A stretch of 56,426 nt of DNA from a virus: positions 1-56,426 of the IMG/VR virus record IMGVR_UViG_3300025087_000082. One strand, written 5' to 3'. The translations under genes and the position numbers were made by a program. Below the pieces are notes generated by a model, which was not told the DNA's origin, searched no databases, and saw only the letters and a program-made list of their open reading frames with translations. Position 1 is the first letter of the stretch; each line of letters starts with the position of its first letter. Below are positions 1-9,467 of this stretch, one piece after another.

Positions 1-115
1 GCCTATGATGCGGAGTGCGAGTTACCGCTTGACATGGCAGAAAGCGTGCTGGTCAAGAATATCGCCTATGCCGTAAAGGAACAGGAGCAGACGCAGAAGC
101 CGGTTGATGCTGGCG
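1..115. repeat. Terminal direct repeat (assembly overlap), identical to 56312..56426
   Basis: The first 115 nt (gcctatgatgcggagtgcgag...ccggttgatgctggcg) recur exactly as the last 115 nt. Confidence 0.95.
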
Positions 116-237
116 ACGCCAAATGGCTACTGTCCAAGCGCGGCAAAAAGCGCGGGTATGGGGATAATGTTGAAATCGGCGGGCCACTTGGCGCGCCGCT
201 GACAATTACTGTCACAGTCAAAGGTATTGATGAATAA
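1..237 (+). CDS. terS: Terminase small subunit, 3' part
   Basis: Same frame as 56162.. through the 115-bp overlap. The ORF track shows the tail as 34..237. Confidence 0.6.
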   Translation, partial: AYDAECELPLDMAESVLVKNIAYAVKEQEQTQKPVDAGDAKWLLSKRGKKRGYGDNVEIGGPLGAPLTITVTVKGIDE

Positions 238-325
238 CGTCACGTGCTATAATAGAACAAATATTCAGGAAATGCCCCCGCGATGGTTGGACATCCGAGG
301 GCGTGACCAGCATAGGAGTGCTGAT

Positions 326-946
326 ATGAACATTTTAACACACAAGACAAGTGGGGTTTATGCCATTGTAAACAAAGCAGACGGCAAAAGATACGTAGGC
401 TCGTCGTGGAATATTGAAAGCCGATGGAAAAAACACATCTCATTACTTAACGCGGGGAAACATCACAGCATACATCTGCAACGCGCTTGGAATAAATACG
501 GGGCTAAAAACTTCGATTTTGTAATACTTGTTGCCTGTTTACGCACCGACCTTTTGATTTACGAACAGGATTATCTAGATTCCTGTAATCCTGAATACAA
601 CGTCTGTGTGACGGCTGGCAGCAAGGCTGGAACGCCGCGCTCATTGGCGACTAGGCTGAAACTTGCTATTGCCAACCTTGGTGAGAGGCACACAATTGAA
701 ACTCGGCAGAAAATGTCCATGTCTCACAAGGCAAATGGATGGCGACCATCCGAAGAAACTAAGCGGAAAATCTCTGTATCTCATACTGGTGTTTCTAAAG
801 GAGCGCACACAGCGAAGGCGAAACAAAAGATTTCAGCCGCACTAAAAGGCAAGCCGCTTTCAGACAAGAATAAACAAGGCATAGCTAATGCAATGAAAGG
901 CAATACAAATACATTAGGTAAACATTGGACGTGGAAAAAGAAATAG
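326..946 (+). CDS. GIY-YIG homing endonuclease with NUMOD3-like repeats
   Basis: Motifs GVYAIVN...RYVGSS...ESRWKKH...NFDF, followed by repeated H/S-x-E-T/K-R/K-x-K-I/M-S units. AGGAG lies 7 nt before the ATG at 326. The track ORF starts earlier, at 227. Confidence 0.85.
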   Translation: MNILTHKTSGVYAIVNKADGKRYVGSSWNIESRWKKHISLLNAGKHHSIHLQRAWNKYGAKNFDFVILVACLRTDLLIYEQDYLDSCNPEYNVCVTAGSKAGTPRSLATRLKLAIANLGERHTIETRQKMSMSHKANGWRPSEETKRKISVSHTGVSKGAHTAKAKQKISAALKGKPLSDKNKQGIANAMKGNTNTLGKHWTWKKK

Positions 947-947
947 A

Positions 948-2192
948 ATGACAATGATTAATGTAGATATAGACCCCGCCGTGTTTAATGATGCCTATAT
1001 TCCGTGTTTAAACGAAATGGCGCGAATACAAATTTACTATGGCGGTGCGTCGTCTGGAAAGTCTGTTTTTTTGGCGCAACGTGACATCAGGGACATTATG
1101 AAGGGCGGACGTAATTTCCTTGTTTGCAGGCAGGTGGCGCGTACGCTTCGCGGCTCAGTTGTGCAAGAGATAACAAAAGTTATTAGGGATTGGGGTTTGT
1201 CTGATTTGTTCTCTATAAATAAAACAGACGGGACAGTGACTTGTGTAAACGGATACCAGATAATATTTGCAGGTTTAGATGATGTTGAGAAGCTAAAAAG
1301 CCTGACCCCGGCTAAAGGTGTATTCACTGATGTTCGCATTGAAGAGGCAACAGAAATAGAACGTTCGTCAATCATCAAACAACTTTTGAAGCGTCAGCGC
1401 GGGGGGAGCGAGAAAACACCTAAGAGGCTGATGCTGTCATTTAATCCAATTCTACAATCACATTTTATCTATGCGGATTACTTCTCAATGATTGGGTGGA
1501 CTGACGACCAGAAAGAATATAAGTCGCCCGATTTATACATTCTAAAAACTACATACCGAGACAATAGGTTTCTTACCAGGGAAGATGTTAGGGGCTTGGA
1601 AAACGAGAAGGATAAGTATTATTTTGACGTATATTCAGAAGGCAACTGGGGCATTCTCGGCTATGTCATCTTCACCAACTGGCGGGTAGAGGATTTGTCC
1701 GGGATGCAGGCGCAATTCACCAACCACCGCAACGGCCTGGATTTCGGCTTCTCAGCAGACCCCGCCGCCCTGTGGGTGTCTCACTATGACGCGAAGCACA
1801 AACGCATTTATATCTTCGATGAGTTGTACGAGCGCGGGCTTACAAATGACCTGCTGGCCGTGGAAGTAAAGAACAGGATCGGCTCGGATTACGTAGTCTG
1901 TGATAGCGCCGAGCCGAAATCCATCGCCGAATTACAGCAGTATGGCGTTTCGGCGCTTGCGGCGGTCAAGGGCAAGGATAGCGTATTATTCGGTATCCAA
2001 TGGCTGCAACAGCAAGAGATCATCATTGATGCGAAATGCGTCAACGCAAAGAACGAGATTTCTACTTTTCACTGGCAGGAAGATGCTAACGGCAACGCAA
2101 TACGTAAGCCGGTCGAGAAGAACGACCATCTGATAGCCGCTGGCAGGTACGCGCACGAGGGCGACATGATCGATACATGGCTGGTTAGCTAA
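948..2192 (+). CDS. terL: Terminase large subunit (PBSX/Terminase_3-like)
   Basis: Walker A-like YYGGASSGKS, 414 aa, with a C-terminal nuclease-type acidic region. Position is between terS and portal. Confidence 0.9.
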   Translation: MTMINVDIDPAVFNDAYIPCLNEMARIQIYYGGASSGKSVFLAQRDIRDIMKGGRNFLVCRQVARTLRGSVVQEITKVIRDWGLSDLFSINKTDGTVTCVNGYQIIFAGLDDVEKLKSLTPAKGVFTDVRIEEATEIERSSIIKQLLKRQRGGSEKTPKRLMLSFNPILQSHFIYADYFSMIGWTDDQKEYKSPDLYILKTTYRDNRFLTREDVRGLENEKDKYYFDVYSEGNWGILGYVIFTNWRVEDLSGMQAQFTNHRNGLDFGFSADPAALWVSHYDAKHKRIYIFDELYERGLTNDLLAVEVKNRIGSDYVVCDSAEPKSIAELQQYGVSALAAVKGKDSVLFGIQWLQQQEIIIDAKCVNAKNEISTFHWQEDANGNAIRKPVEKNDHLIAAGRYAHEGDMIDTWLVS

Positions 2193-2201
2193 AGAGGACA
2201 A

Positions 2202-4178
2202 ATGACGAATTCACCATTCATTTTTGCAAGTCCAAACCCCTATAAATCTGGATTTGATTTTTCTCCCTGGGGAGGCATTGAGGGGTTCCTTGAGGCGTCC
2301 AGGACTGGGCAGACGGGTAACGTCACGTCGCTAAAAAAGTTTGTCCCTGACCTGGCACACGCGGTAGATATGACCGCCGTGGCGATCTCGTCCCTGCCGT
2401 TCGACATACTCGATAAGAACGACGATATTTTCGATACGTCGGCGAACTGGAAAAACAACCTGGGCGGGCTGCCGAACCCGCAGAAGATCATCTACCTGAT
2501 CGCCTCATCACTATGCGGCGGCGCGGCGTATCTCATTCCATGGCGCACCACCAAAATGATCGTTAACTTGCAATACTGTGCGCCGGGAACGATCCAGCCC
2601 TATATCGACATAAACGGCTTGCAGTGGTTCGAGCGTACGGCGCAACGGGGCAAGGCGGAGAAGGTATATCCGAACAAGATCATTTATTTCTGGCTGCCAG
2701 ATAGCGATGTGGAGATTGGTCCCGCCGAAAATCACCCGCTCGGCAATGCAACGTTGGACGCGCAGGTCATCTGGAACATGAAAAACACCATGCGGATGTA
2801 TGGCGAGCGTGGTTTCGTTCCGATAACCCTGCTCGGCGCGAAAGGGATGGTGAACCAGGGGGAGCGGGAAAAGGCGGAGGGCTTCTTCGACCGCTTGTTG
2901 CGCGGTGGCTTCAACGTGCTGGCAAAGATCGTCAACGCGGATGCGCTATCTCTTATCCGCGTCGGCGCTGGGATGGATGAACTCAAGCAATCATATATCG
3001 AACTGCGCCGGGACGCAAAGGAATCTGTCTCGGATAGTTTCGGCATCCCGACCGCCCTGTTCATGTCCGACAACGCCTTCGCCAGCGAATTCGACGCGCT
3101 GCGTAAACAGTGGTACACCGCCTCCCGCTTTGTCGGCATCAAGCAGACAATTGAGGAAACATTCACCGACCAGTTATTCAAGCCCTACGGCTACAAGATG
3201 CGCTTCAACCTGGAGGCGCTTGAGATATTCCAGGAGGATGAAAGTAAACGGGCAGAGTCGCTCGGCTCTCTTGTATCTTCCATTGCAGATAACCCGGAGG
3301 TGGCGCAGTTGGGGATGTCAATACTCGGCTACGATCTTGACAAGGCACAACAGGAGCAATTGGAGAAACTTATCTCGGCGAAAGAGGAAGCGCGGCAAAA
3401 CGTGGCGGAGCAGACGAAGCCGCCGGTCGCGGAGCAAGGCGAGCCGGTCGTGGCGGAGTCGGAAGAGGAGCAGGAGCCGAAGAAGTCTTTTGACCTTACC
3501 GCCGATGAAATCAAGGATTTGGCGTTATGGTACGACCGGGCGCGGCAGTGGCACGCGAAAGGCAAAGGCACGGCGGTGGATTGGGAGTGCAAACACTTGC
3601 GCGAGACCATTGCCGCTCCGATCCGCCTCAGACTGGCGGACGCAAAGAATGAGGGAGATATTGCGGCGGCATTTGTAATCGGCGAGACGACCACGCCCGC
3701 GCCGGTGTATCAGCCTGTACCCGATAATACCGAAGCGATCAAGGCGCTGGCGCTGACCATCGAGCGGGCGATTGTCGCCGCGAATGTGGAGCCGACAGTC
3801 GCACATGGGAGAGATGAAATGATTATCAACATTACAAATCCTGCTAACGTGGATATGACCAGCAAAGAAACGATTGCAGCGGTCAAGGCAATGACGGAAA
3901 ATCTGGCGGCAATGAAGCAGGCGGTTGCGAATCCCCTACCCCCGCCGAACGTGACATTCGCGCCAATCATCCATCCGTCGGAGGTAGCATTTGCGCCCGT
4001 CATCCATCCGTCGGAGGTGGCAGTAAGTGTGACTAACACGGTCCAGCCAACTCCGGTAGAGAATAATATCACGGTCCAGCCGTCCGATGTTGTTATCCAG
4101 AAAGAGGAGCGGAAGCCGCGAAAGGCGACCATCAAGCGCGGTGCGGACGGCAAGATCACAGAGATAGAGAGTAAGTAA
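2202..4178 (+). CDS. Portal protein
   Basis: 658-aa ORF directly after terL with an acidic coiled C-terminal extension. The call rests on position and size. Confidence 0.75.
   Translation: MTNSPFIFASPNPYKSGFDFSPWGGIEGFLEASRTGQTGNVTSLKKFVPDLAHAVDMTAVAISSLPFDILDKNDDIFDTSANWKNNLGGLPNPQKIIYLIASSLCGGAAYLIPWRTTKMIVNLQYCAPGTIQPYIDINGLQWFERTAQRGKAEKVYPNKIIYFWLPDSDVEIGPAENHPLGNATLDAQVIWNMKNTMRMYGERGFVPITLLGAKGMVNQGEREKAEGFFDRLLRGGFNVLAKIVNADALSLIRVGAGMDELKQSYIELRRDAKESVSDSFGIPTALFMSDNAFASEFDALRKQWYTASRFVGIKQTIEETFTDQLFKPYGYKMRFNLEALEIFQEDESKRAESLGSLVSSIADNPEVAQLGMSILGYDLDKAQQEQLEKLISAKEEARQNVAEQTKPPVAEQGEPVVAESEEEQEPKKSFDLTADEIKDLALWYDRARQWHAKGKGTAVDWECKHLRETIAAPIRLRLADAKNEGDIAAAFVIGETTTPAPVYQPVPDNTEAIKALALTIERAIVAANVEPTVAHGRDEMIINITNPANVDMTSKETIAAVKAMTENLAAMKQAVANPLPPPNVTFAPIIHPSEVAFAPVIHPSEVAVSVTNTVQPTPVENNITVQPSDVVIQKEERKPRKATIKRGADGKITEIESK
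3957..4022 (+). repeat. Tandem 33-bp repeat x2 inside the portal C-terminus
   Basis: ttcgcgccaatcatccatccgtcggaggtagca followed by tttgcgcccgtcatccatccgtcggaggtggca. These encode FAPIIHPSEVA and FAPVIHPSEVA. Confidence 0.9.
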
Positions 4179-5828
4179 ATGCCGACCACATTCCCAACAA
4201 CACTCGATGACTTTACCAACCCGACCCCGGCGGACAATCTCTCTACGCCCGCCGTCCTACACTCGACCCAGCACGCCAGCATCAACGACGCGGTGGAGGC
4301 GCTTGAAGCGAAGGTCGGGGTAGATAGCTCGGCGGTCACGGCGTCGTTGGATTACAAGGTCGCCAACAGACAGCCGCTTGACGCAACCCTGACCAGCATC
4401 GCCCTGCTCGGCACAGCCGCCGACAAGATGCTTTATACAACGGCGCTGGATACGTGGGCAGAAACGGGGCTGTCTGCCTTCGCACGCACGATCTTGGACG
4501 ATGCAAACGGGACGGCGGTTCTGGCTACGATTGGCGGACAGGCCGCGCTTACCCTGCCCCTCTCGGCAGCCAACGGCGGGACTGGTGTCGCGAACACAGG
4601 CACGATAACCAACGCATCGAATACAACCATCACAGGCGGGGGAACGGTTGCGCTGGGAGGCTTCACGCTGACTGTTCCGGCGACAGGGACGGCGGCGCTG
4701 CTGGCGACGGCGAATGTGTTTACCGCCATTCAAAAAATAAATGTTAATTCTACTTTGGCCTTGCTAGCGGAGCAGGATGGGGTAAAAGATAATGTCTTTA
4801 TTGTGGACACTACAAACGCAAGAGTTGGTATCAATGGCGTACCAACAACCAGTCTTACGCTCACACAAAAAGCAACGACGGACGGATTTATTTTCACAGG
4901 TATGTCTATTGGGGGTGTGGACACCGGGACTGGTTGTGTTGTGGCATTGGGATATAACGCCCTAGCTAATAAGCAGTTATGGTTTGGAGATGTTGATTAT
5001 TTGGGATTGTCCACTGGATATTTTAACAGATTAGTAATCTCAACTGGAGCGCCATTATGGGACGTTGTGAGGGGCGACAACTTAGCGTATGGAGCTTTGA
5101 ATCTTGGCAAAACTGGCGGCTCAAAAGTTGTTATTGGCGACTCAAGCATTTCTGCAACTCAGCCAGGTTCGCAGTTATATATTGGTGGAGGGGTATCCAT
5201 AGGTTCGGATGCATCTTATCGATCTGCTGCTGCTCCAGCAAGCGGTATGATAATTGCCGGGAGCGTTGGGATTGGTAGTACTTCTGCTTCTGCAAAATTG
5301 CATATTATCGATTCGACCACAACGACAAACGCGGTACTAGAAGTTGAACGAATACAGGCAATTGTTTCAACGGCATCAACAGGTGGTTCGGCAGGGTTTG
5401 GTGTTGGGCTGTCATGGTATGCAGAGACAGCCACCAACAACACTTCCCAGCCTCAAGGAATTATCTCAACCTCATGGATTGATGCAACCAACGCCACACG
5501 CAAAGCCAAACTGTCTCTCTCAGCCTACGACACGGCGGCGCGCTTGGGGATGGAGATAGAAGCCAGCGGGACGGCGGCGCGGCTGGCATTTTACGGCGGG
5601 ACCACGGTTGTGCGCGGTGCGGCACTCACTACACAACTGACGACCATCACGTTCACAGCCCCGACGCCGGATTACGCAATCCAGAACTTGACCAATGTTG
5701 CGCCTTATGGGTTCGTTACCCAGGATGAGGGCAACACGGTTCTATCAGTTATCGCCAACTTGCAAACACGAGTAGCGGAATTGGAAGCAAGACTCGGTTC
5801 TGCAACGGGCGTAAATCTATTTGCATAA
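4179..5828 (+). CDS. Fibre-like structural protein (tail-fibre-type N-terminus, C-terminal coiled coil)
   Basis: The N-terminus FPTTLDDFTNPTPADNLSTPAVLHSTQHASINDAVEALEAKVG resembles the conserved phage minor-tail/fibre N-terminal motif. The body is Gly/Thr/Ala-rich and the end is LQTRVAELEARLG. Confidence 0.5.
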   Translation: MPTTFPTTLDDFTNPTPADNLSTPAVLHSTQHASINDAVEALEAKVGVDSSAVTASLDYKVANRQPLDATLTSIALLGTAADKMLYTTALDTWAETGLSAFARTILDDANGTAVLATIGGQAALTLPLSAANGGTGVANTGTITNASNTTITGGGTVALGGFTLTVPATGTAALLATANVFTAIQKINVNSTLALLAEQDGVKDNVFIVDTTNARVGINGVPTTSLTLTQKATTDGFIFTGMSIGGVDTGTGCVVALGYNALANKQLWFGDVDYLGLSTGYFNRLVISTGAPLWDVVRGDNLAYGALNLGKTGGSKVVIGDSSISATQPGSQLYIGGGVSIGSDASYRSAAAPASGMIIAGSVGIGSTSASAKLHIIDSTTTTNAVLEVERIQAIVSTASTGGSAGFGVGLSWYAETATNNTSQPQGIISTSWIDATNATRKAKLSLSAYDTAARLGMEIEASGTAARLAFYGGTTVVRGAALTTQLTTITFTAPTPDYAIQNLTNVAPYGFVTQDEGNTVLSVIANLQTRVAELEARLGSATGVNLFA

Positions 5829-5839
5829 GGAGTTTTGAC

Positions 5840-6148
5840 ATGGCAGATTCAGCACAAAAATATACGTTTCTTCAGCGGGCACAGAACATCGCGAACATGA
5901 TGGCGATCCTTGACGCGGCAATCAAAGATGCGGGGTCGGTCCTGGTCAATCAGGGCTGGAACGCAGGTGGAGCAGACCCAATTGTTTCTGCTGACATTCC
6001 CGCAGAAGCAGGGTTCACAGTGGCGGAGGCACTCGCATTTTTCACGACCGCCGCGAAATACAACAATCTGATGAATGGCAGCGCAATCGCAGCAGACGCA
6101 AATACACGCGCAAACATTGACCGGATGCGCTCCAGTTTTAGTTTGTAG
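5840..6148 (+). CDS. Hypothetical protein
   Basis: 102-aa ORF in the co-directional head module. Confidence 0.5.
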   Translation: MADSAQKYTFLQRAQNIANMMAILDAAIKDAGSVLVNQGWNAGGADPIVSADIPAEAGFTVAEALAFFTTAAKYNNLMNGSAIAADANTRANIDRMRSSFSL

Positions 6149-6159
6149 AAAGGTAGATA

Positions 6160-6366
6160 ATGGCAAAAGGAAACACCACCCCCGCCCCGGCGGTGACGCC
6201 GCACAAGTACACGGCTGAGGAGTTCGCGAAAGAATATCGCGAACTCTGTCAGCGTACCGGCTTCAACATCGCATTTGAGCCGCGCTGGAAGCAGAGCCAG
6301 GATACAGGCGACTACCGGCTGGTCATCGCCTCCGGCGTCGTGCCGCTGCCGAAGCCTGAGGGATAA
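6160..6366 (+). CDS. Hypothetical protein
   Basis: 68-aa ORF, tightly packed. Confidence 0.45.
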   Translation: MAKGNTTPAPAVTPHKYTAEEFAKEYRELCQRTGFNIAFEPRWKQSQDTGDYRLVIASGVVPLPKPEG

Positions 6367-6551
6367 TGGCGATCACCGACTACGATGACGCTATCAACTA
6401 CGACGCGGCAATCCCCTACAACGGGGCGGAAGCAGCGGCGGATAATGCTGGCTGGCTTCTCATGCACGCGCCTGTGCGCCGCCGTCCGCCGGAGATAGAC
6501 GATGAGGACGAATTACTCGCCTGGTACGTCCTTGAGGTGATGGATGAATAA
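6366..6551 (+). CDS. Hypothetical acidic protein
   Basis: 61-aa ORF whose start overlaps the upstream stop. Confidence 0.4.
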   Translation: MAITDYDDAINYDAAIPYNGAEAAADNAGWLLMHAPVRRRPPEIDDEDELLAWYVLEVMDE

Positions 6552-7239
6552 AACCATCCTACTCGCCTCCCTGCGTGCGGCTGTGCGGCTAGTGCCGGAA
6601 GTCCTCCCGCACCTCTCCGTAGCCACACTCGCGGCGCTGAAAGCATCCGGCGATTACACCTCTATCCGCGCCGAGATGAGCGGCGAGATCCACGATGCGA
6701 TATACGATTATCTAACCGGCTCAGGCTACATCACGATATACAAGGCGTTGATGGCTGCGGCTATCTCGAAGGCATATGTCGAGACGGCGGACGTGGGCTA
6801 TACAGACGCTGGTGCGGAATTGCCGCTTGACGCGGAGACGGCTGCTTGGGCGCGGGCGGAACTGGACGCGCAGCTTAGTTTCGTGGATCAACTCTTTGAG
6901 AATCTGCGGGAGCTACGGAAAGGCGACCTGTCTGCACAGGCAGGCGTAAACGCCACAGCGGAGGCGCTGGGGAGAGCGAATGGATGGGCAAGTGGTCTTG
7001 ATGGTTTCTATAATGAGGCGGTGTTGCGCGGGTCAAGAAACCAGTTGGTAACATGGCATTTGGGCGCAACCGAGAAGCATTGCGCCACGTGCATCAGCCT
7101 GGACGGTAAGAGGCATCGAATAAGCTGGCTCATTGACAATAATTACATCCCACGCAAGCCGGGGGCAGGTATGGATTGCAACGGATATAACTGCGATTGC
7201 TCGATAACAGACAAAGATGGAAACGAGTTTACGATTTGA
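6544..7239 (+). CDS. Minor head / head-morphogenesis protein (Mu F / SPP1 gp7-like C-terminus)
   Basis: Cys-rich C-terminus HLGATEKHCATCISLDGKRH...PGAGMDCNGYNCDC resembles the Phage_Mu_F domain. Its position near the portal fits. Confidence 0.5.
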   Translation: MNKTILLASLRAAVRLVPEVLPHLSVATLAALKASGDYTSIRAEMSGEIHDAIYDYLTGSGYITIYKALMAAAISKAYVETADVGYTDAGAELPLDAETAAWARAELDAQLSFVDQLFENLRELRKGDLSAQAGVNATAEALGRANGWASGLDGFYNEAVLRGSRNQLVTWHLGATEKHCATCISLDGKRHRISWLIDNNYIPRKPGAGMDCNGYNCDCSITDKDGNEFTI

Positions 7240-7242
7240 GAC

Positions 7243-7271
7243 TTTTAAAATTCGAACATGCGGACTATAAT
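7243..7271 (+). promoter_or_regulatory. Possible sigma70-type promoter ahead of the sugar island
   Basis: TTTTAA, 17 nt spacer, TATAAT (7266..7271). The -35 is weak. Confidence 0.3.
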
Positions 7272-7294
7272 TGAATCGAGTAGAAAGGAAAAAG

Positions 7295-7531
7295 ATGATA
7301 GCCCGAAATGATATAGCCCGAAATGATATTGACCTGAATATGAACCTGGTTTTCAAATGTCGTCACTGTGGAAACACTATGGATAAAATCTTTGCTTCTG
7401 TTTACTGGTGTTCAAGATGTGGAACACTCAGAACGGGGCGTAAAGGAATAGTAAGCGTATATGTTCCAAGTTTCTATGACATCGAACTACCCGCCGAGCG
7501 GCTGGAACTGCTAGAAAGCACGGACGAGTGA
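7295..7531 (+). CDS. Small zinc-ribbon protein
   Basis: CRHCGN...CSRCG motifs. GAAAGGAAAAAG lies before the ATG at 7295. A 15-bp tandem repeat encodes ARNDIARNDI. Confidence 0.55.
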   Translation: MIARNDIARNDIDLNMNLVFKCRHCGNTMDKIFASVYWCSRCGTLRTGRKGIVSVYVPSFYDIELPAERLELLESTDE

Positions 7532-8217
7532 TTGCCCTTGTCACCGGCGGCTCACGCGGCATCGGCGCGGCGTGTGTCTGTGCGCTGAAGGACGCGGGGC
7601 ATACCGTCGCGGTTGTGGCAAGGACAAGGGCGGATTGTGACATGTTCATCAAAGCGGACTTATCGAATGAACAAGATCGGGAACACATCGTTGATAAGGT
7701 CGAGAGAGAACTAGGCGGGCTGGATATTCTCGTCAATAACGCGGGCTATCAACATCATGCACCTGTGACGGCTTACTGGCTGTCTGAGTGGCAATATCAA
7801 CTCGATCTGATTCTCACCGCCCCATTTGACCTATCCCAGCAGGCCGCCCGGCACATGCTTACCCACGGCGGCGGACACATCATCAATATCCTGTCCACGT
7901 CCGCCTTCCAGGGAGCGCGCAACATATCCGGCTATGTCGCCGCGAAACATGGTCTGCTCGGCCTCACGCGGGCGATGGCAATAGAGCTTGCACCGCTGAT
8001 AAGAGTTAATGCAATCGCGCCCGGTCTCATGGATACGCAGATGACGGCGGAGTACATTGATTTGCAGAGGCGGGAACTGCTGGAAAGCATAACGCCCGCG
8101 GGCAGATTCGGAAGGCCGGAGGAGATCGCTGGGGCGCTGATGTACTTAATTCAAAGTGAGTTTGTGTACGGTCAAACCATCGTGATTGATGGGGGATGGC
8201 TGGCGAAGAATGGCTAA
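7528..8217 (+). CDS. Short-chain dehydrogenase/reductase (FabG/ketoreductase-like)
   Basis: Motifs TGGSRGIG, NNAG and YVAAKHG (Y-x3-K). GTG start overlaps the upstream stop. Confidence 0.85.
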   Translation: MIALVTGGSRGIGAACVCALKDAGHTVAVVARTRADCDMFIKADLSNEQDREHIVDKVERELGGLDILVNNAGYQHHAPVTAYWLSEWQYQLDLILTAPFDLSQQAARHMLTHGGGHIINILSTSAFQGARNISGYVAAKHGLLGLTRAMAIELAPLIRVNAIAPGLMDTQMTAEYIDLQRRELLESITPAGRFGRPEEIAGALMYLIQSEFVYGQTIVIDGGWLAKNG

Positions 8218-8458
8218 AACGGTTTCACTTATTGGCGGCCCCGCTGACGGCGCAAAGGTGGATGTTTCAGAAGGCGTTGCCTATGTGATAGTGCCTTTCG
8301 CACAAGACATAAATTTATTGATAGACGAGAGCGACGTACTCCCCATTATTGGGTGGGATGATTGGGGGCCAATATTGAAGAGGGGTGATGTTCTACAGGC
8401 TCGTTATAACATCAATGGCAACATTGCCACCTATGAAGAAAGCGGGAGTGATGGCTAA
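8210..8458 (+). CDS. Hypothetical protein
   Basis: ATG at 8210 overlaps the SDR stop. 82 aa. Confidence 0.4.
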   Translation: MAKTVSLIGGPADGAKVDVSEGVAYVIVPFAQDINLLIDESDVLPIIGWDDWGPILKRGDVLQARYNINGNIATYEESGSDG

Positions 8459-9467
8459 GATAATCCAGGCTAAGGATTTGCGTGGGAAAAGAACTGACCG
8501 TCTTATAGACGTTGTGCCATTATCAACACCCTGGACGCTCTTTTTGGAGCCGACAAATTTATGCCAATATCGCTGCCGATATTGTCCTACGGGTGACACT
8601 GACCTACTCCGCAAGATAGGCAGAAAGAACACGCTGATGGATTGGGGTTTATGGGTCAAAGTCGTGGATGATCTGCGGGCGTTCCCTAATCGCATCCGGC
8701 AGTGCAATGTTTACAAAGATGGTGAGAGTTTGCTTCATCCCCGTTTCTGTGAGATGGTGCGATACCTTCGCGACGCTGATACAGTTGAACGCATCTGGTT
8801 GAAAACTAATGGATCAAAACTCTCCCCCTCCTACAACGCCCGCCTCGTTACCTGCGGCCTGGACATGATTGGCGTATCAGTCCAACACGTCCACGCGCAA
8901 GGCTTCTACGACATCGCCCGCGTGCGGATCGATTATGAGGAGTATCGTGCCAACGTGCTTGATCTGTACCAGCGGAGCCGGGATACCGGCGTACAGATTA
9001 GCACGAAGATAGCTGATGTTGGATTTAGCGACGCCGACAAGCAGAAATTCATAGACGACTTTAGTGATCGCTGCGACTTCATCGCAATAGAAGGTTTACA
9101 CGGCTGGTCTACGTCTGATTTGAAAGACTGGCGGCTGGGTACGGATAACAGCTTCGATGGCTCGCCGCGAACGCACAAGATTGCCTGCCCGTTGACGATG
9201 TACATGCTCACGGTAAACAGCAATGGCGATATATCCGTGTGTAATGATGACTTTGCCCATTATCACCAGCTTGGAAACGTAAACACAGAATCCCTTATTG
9301 ACATTTGGAACGGGAAACGTTTACGGGATTTTCGCCTGATGCACCTTGAGGGTAAACGAAGCGAGAACCGCGCATGTGGTACGTGTGATTATGTTTTAGC
9401 TTTGCCAGCCGTTGACAATATTGACGAATACCGCGAAGAATTTGCAGAAAGGTTGCGTGTTGTATGA
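8451..9467 (+). CDS. Radical SAM enzyme with C-terminal SPASM/twitch-type Cys cluster
   Basis: CQYRCRYC (CxxxCxxC) near the N-terminus. C-terminal cysteines in CPLTMY...SVCNDD...CGTCDY. GGGAG lies before the ATG at 8451. Confidence 0.85.
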   Translation: MAKIIQAKDLRGKRTDRLIDVVPLSTPWTLFLEPTNLCQYRCRYCPTGDTDLLRKIGRKNTLMDWGLWVKVVDDLRAFPNRIRQCNVYKDGESLLHPRFCEMVRYLRDADTVERIWLKTNGSKLSPSYNARLVTCGLDMIGVSVQHVHAQGFYDIARVRIDYEEYRANVLDLYQRSRDTGVQISTKIADVGFSDADKQKFIDDFSDRCDFIAIEGLHGWSTSDLKDWRLGTDNSFDGSPRTHKIACPLTMYMLTVNSNGDISVCNDDFAHYHQLGNVNTESLIDIWNGKRLRDFRLMHLEGKRSENRACGTCDYVLALPAVDNIDEYREEFAERLRVV

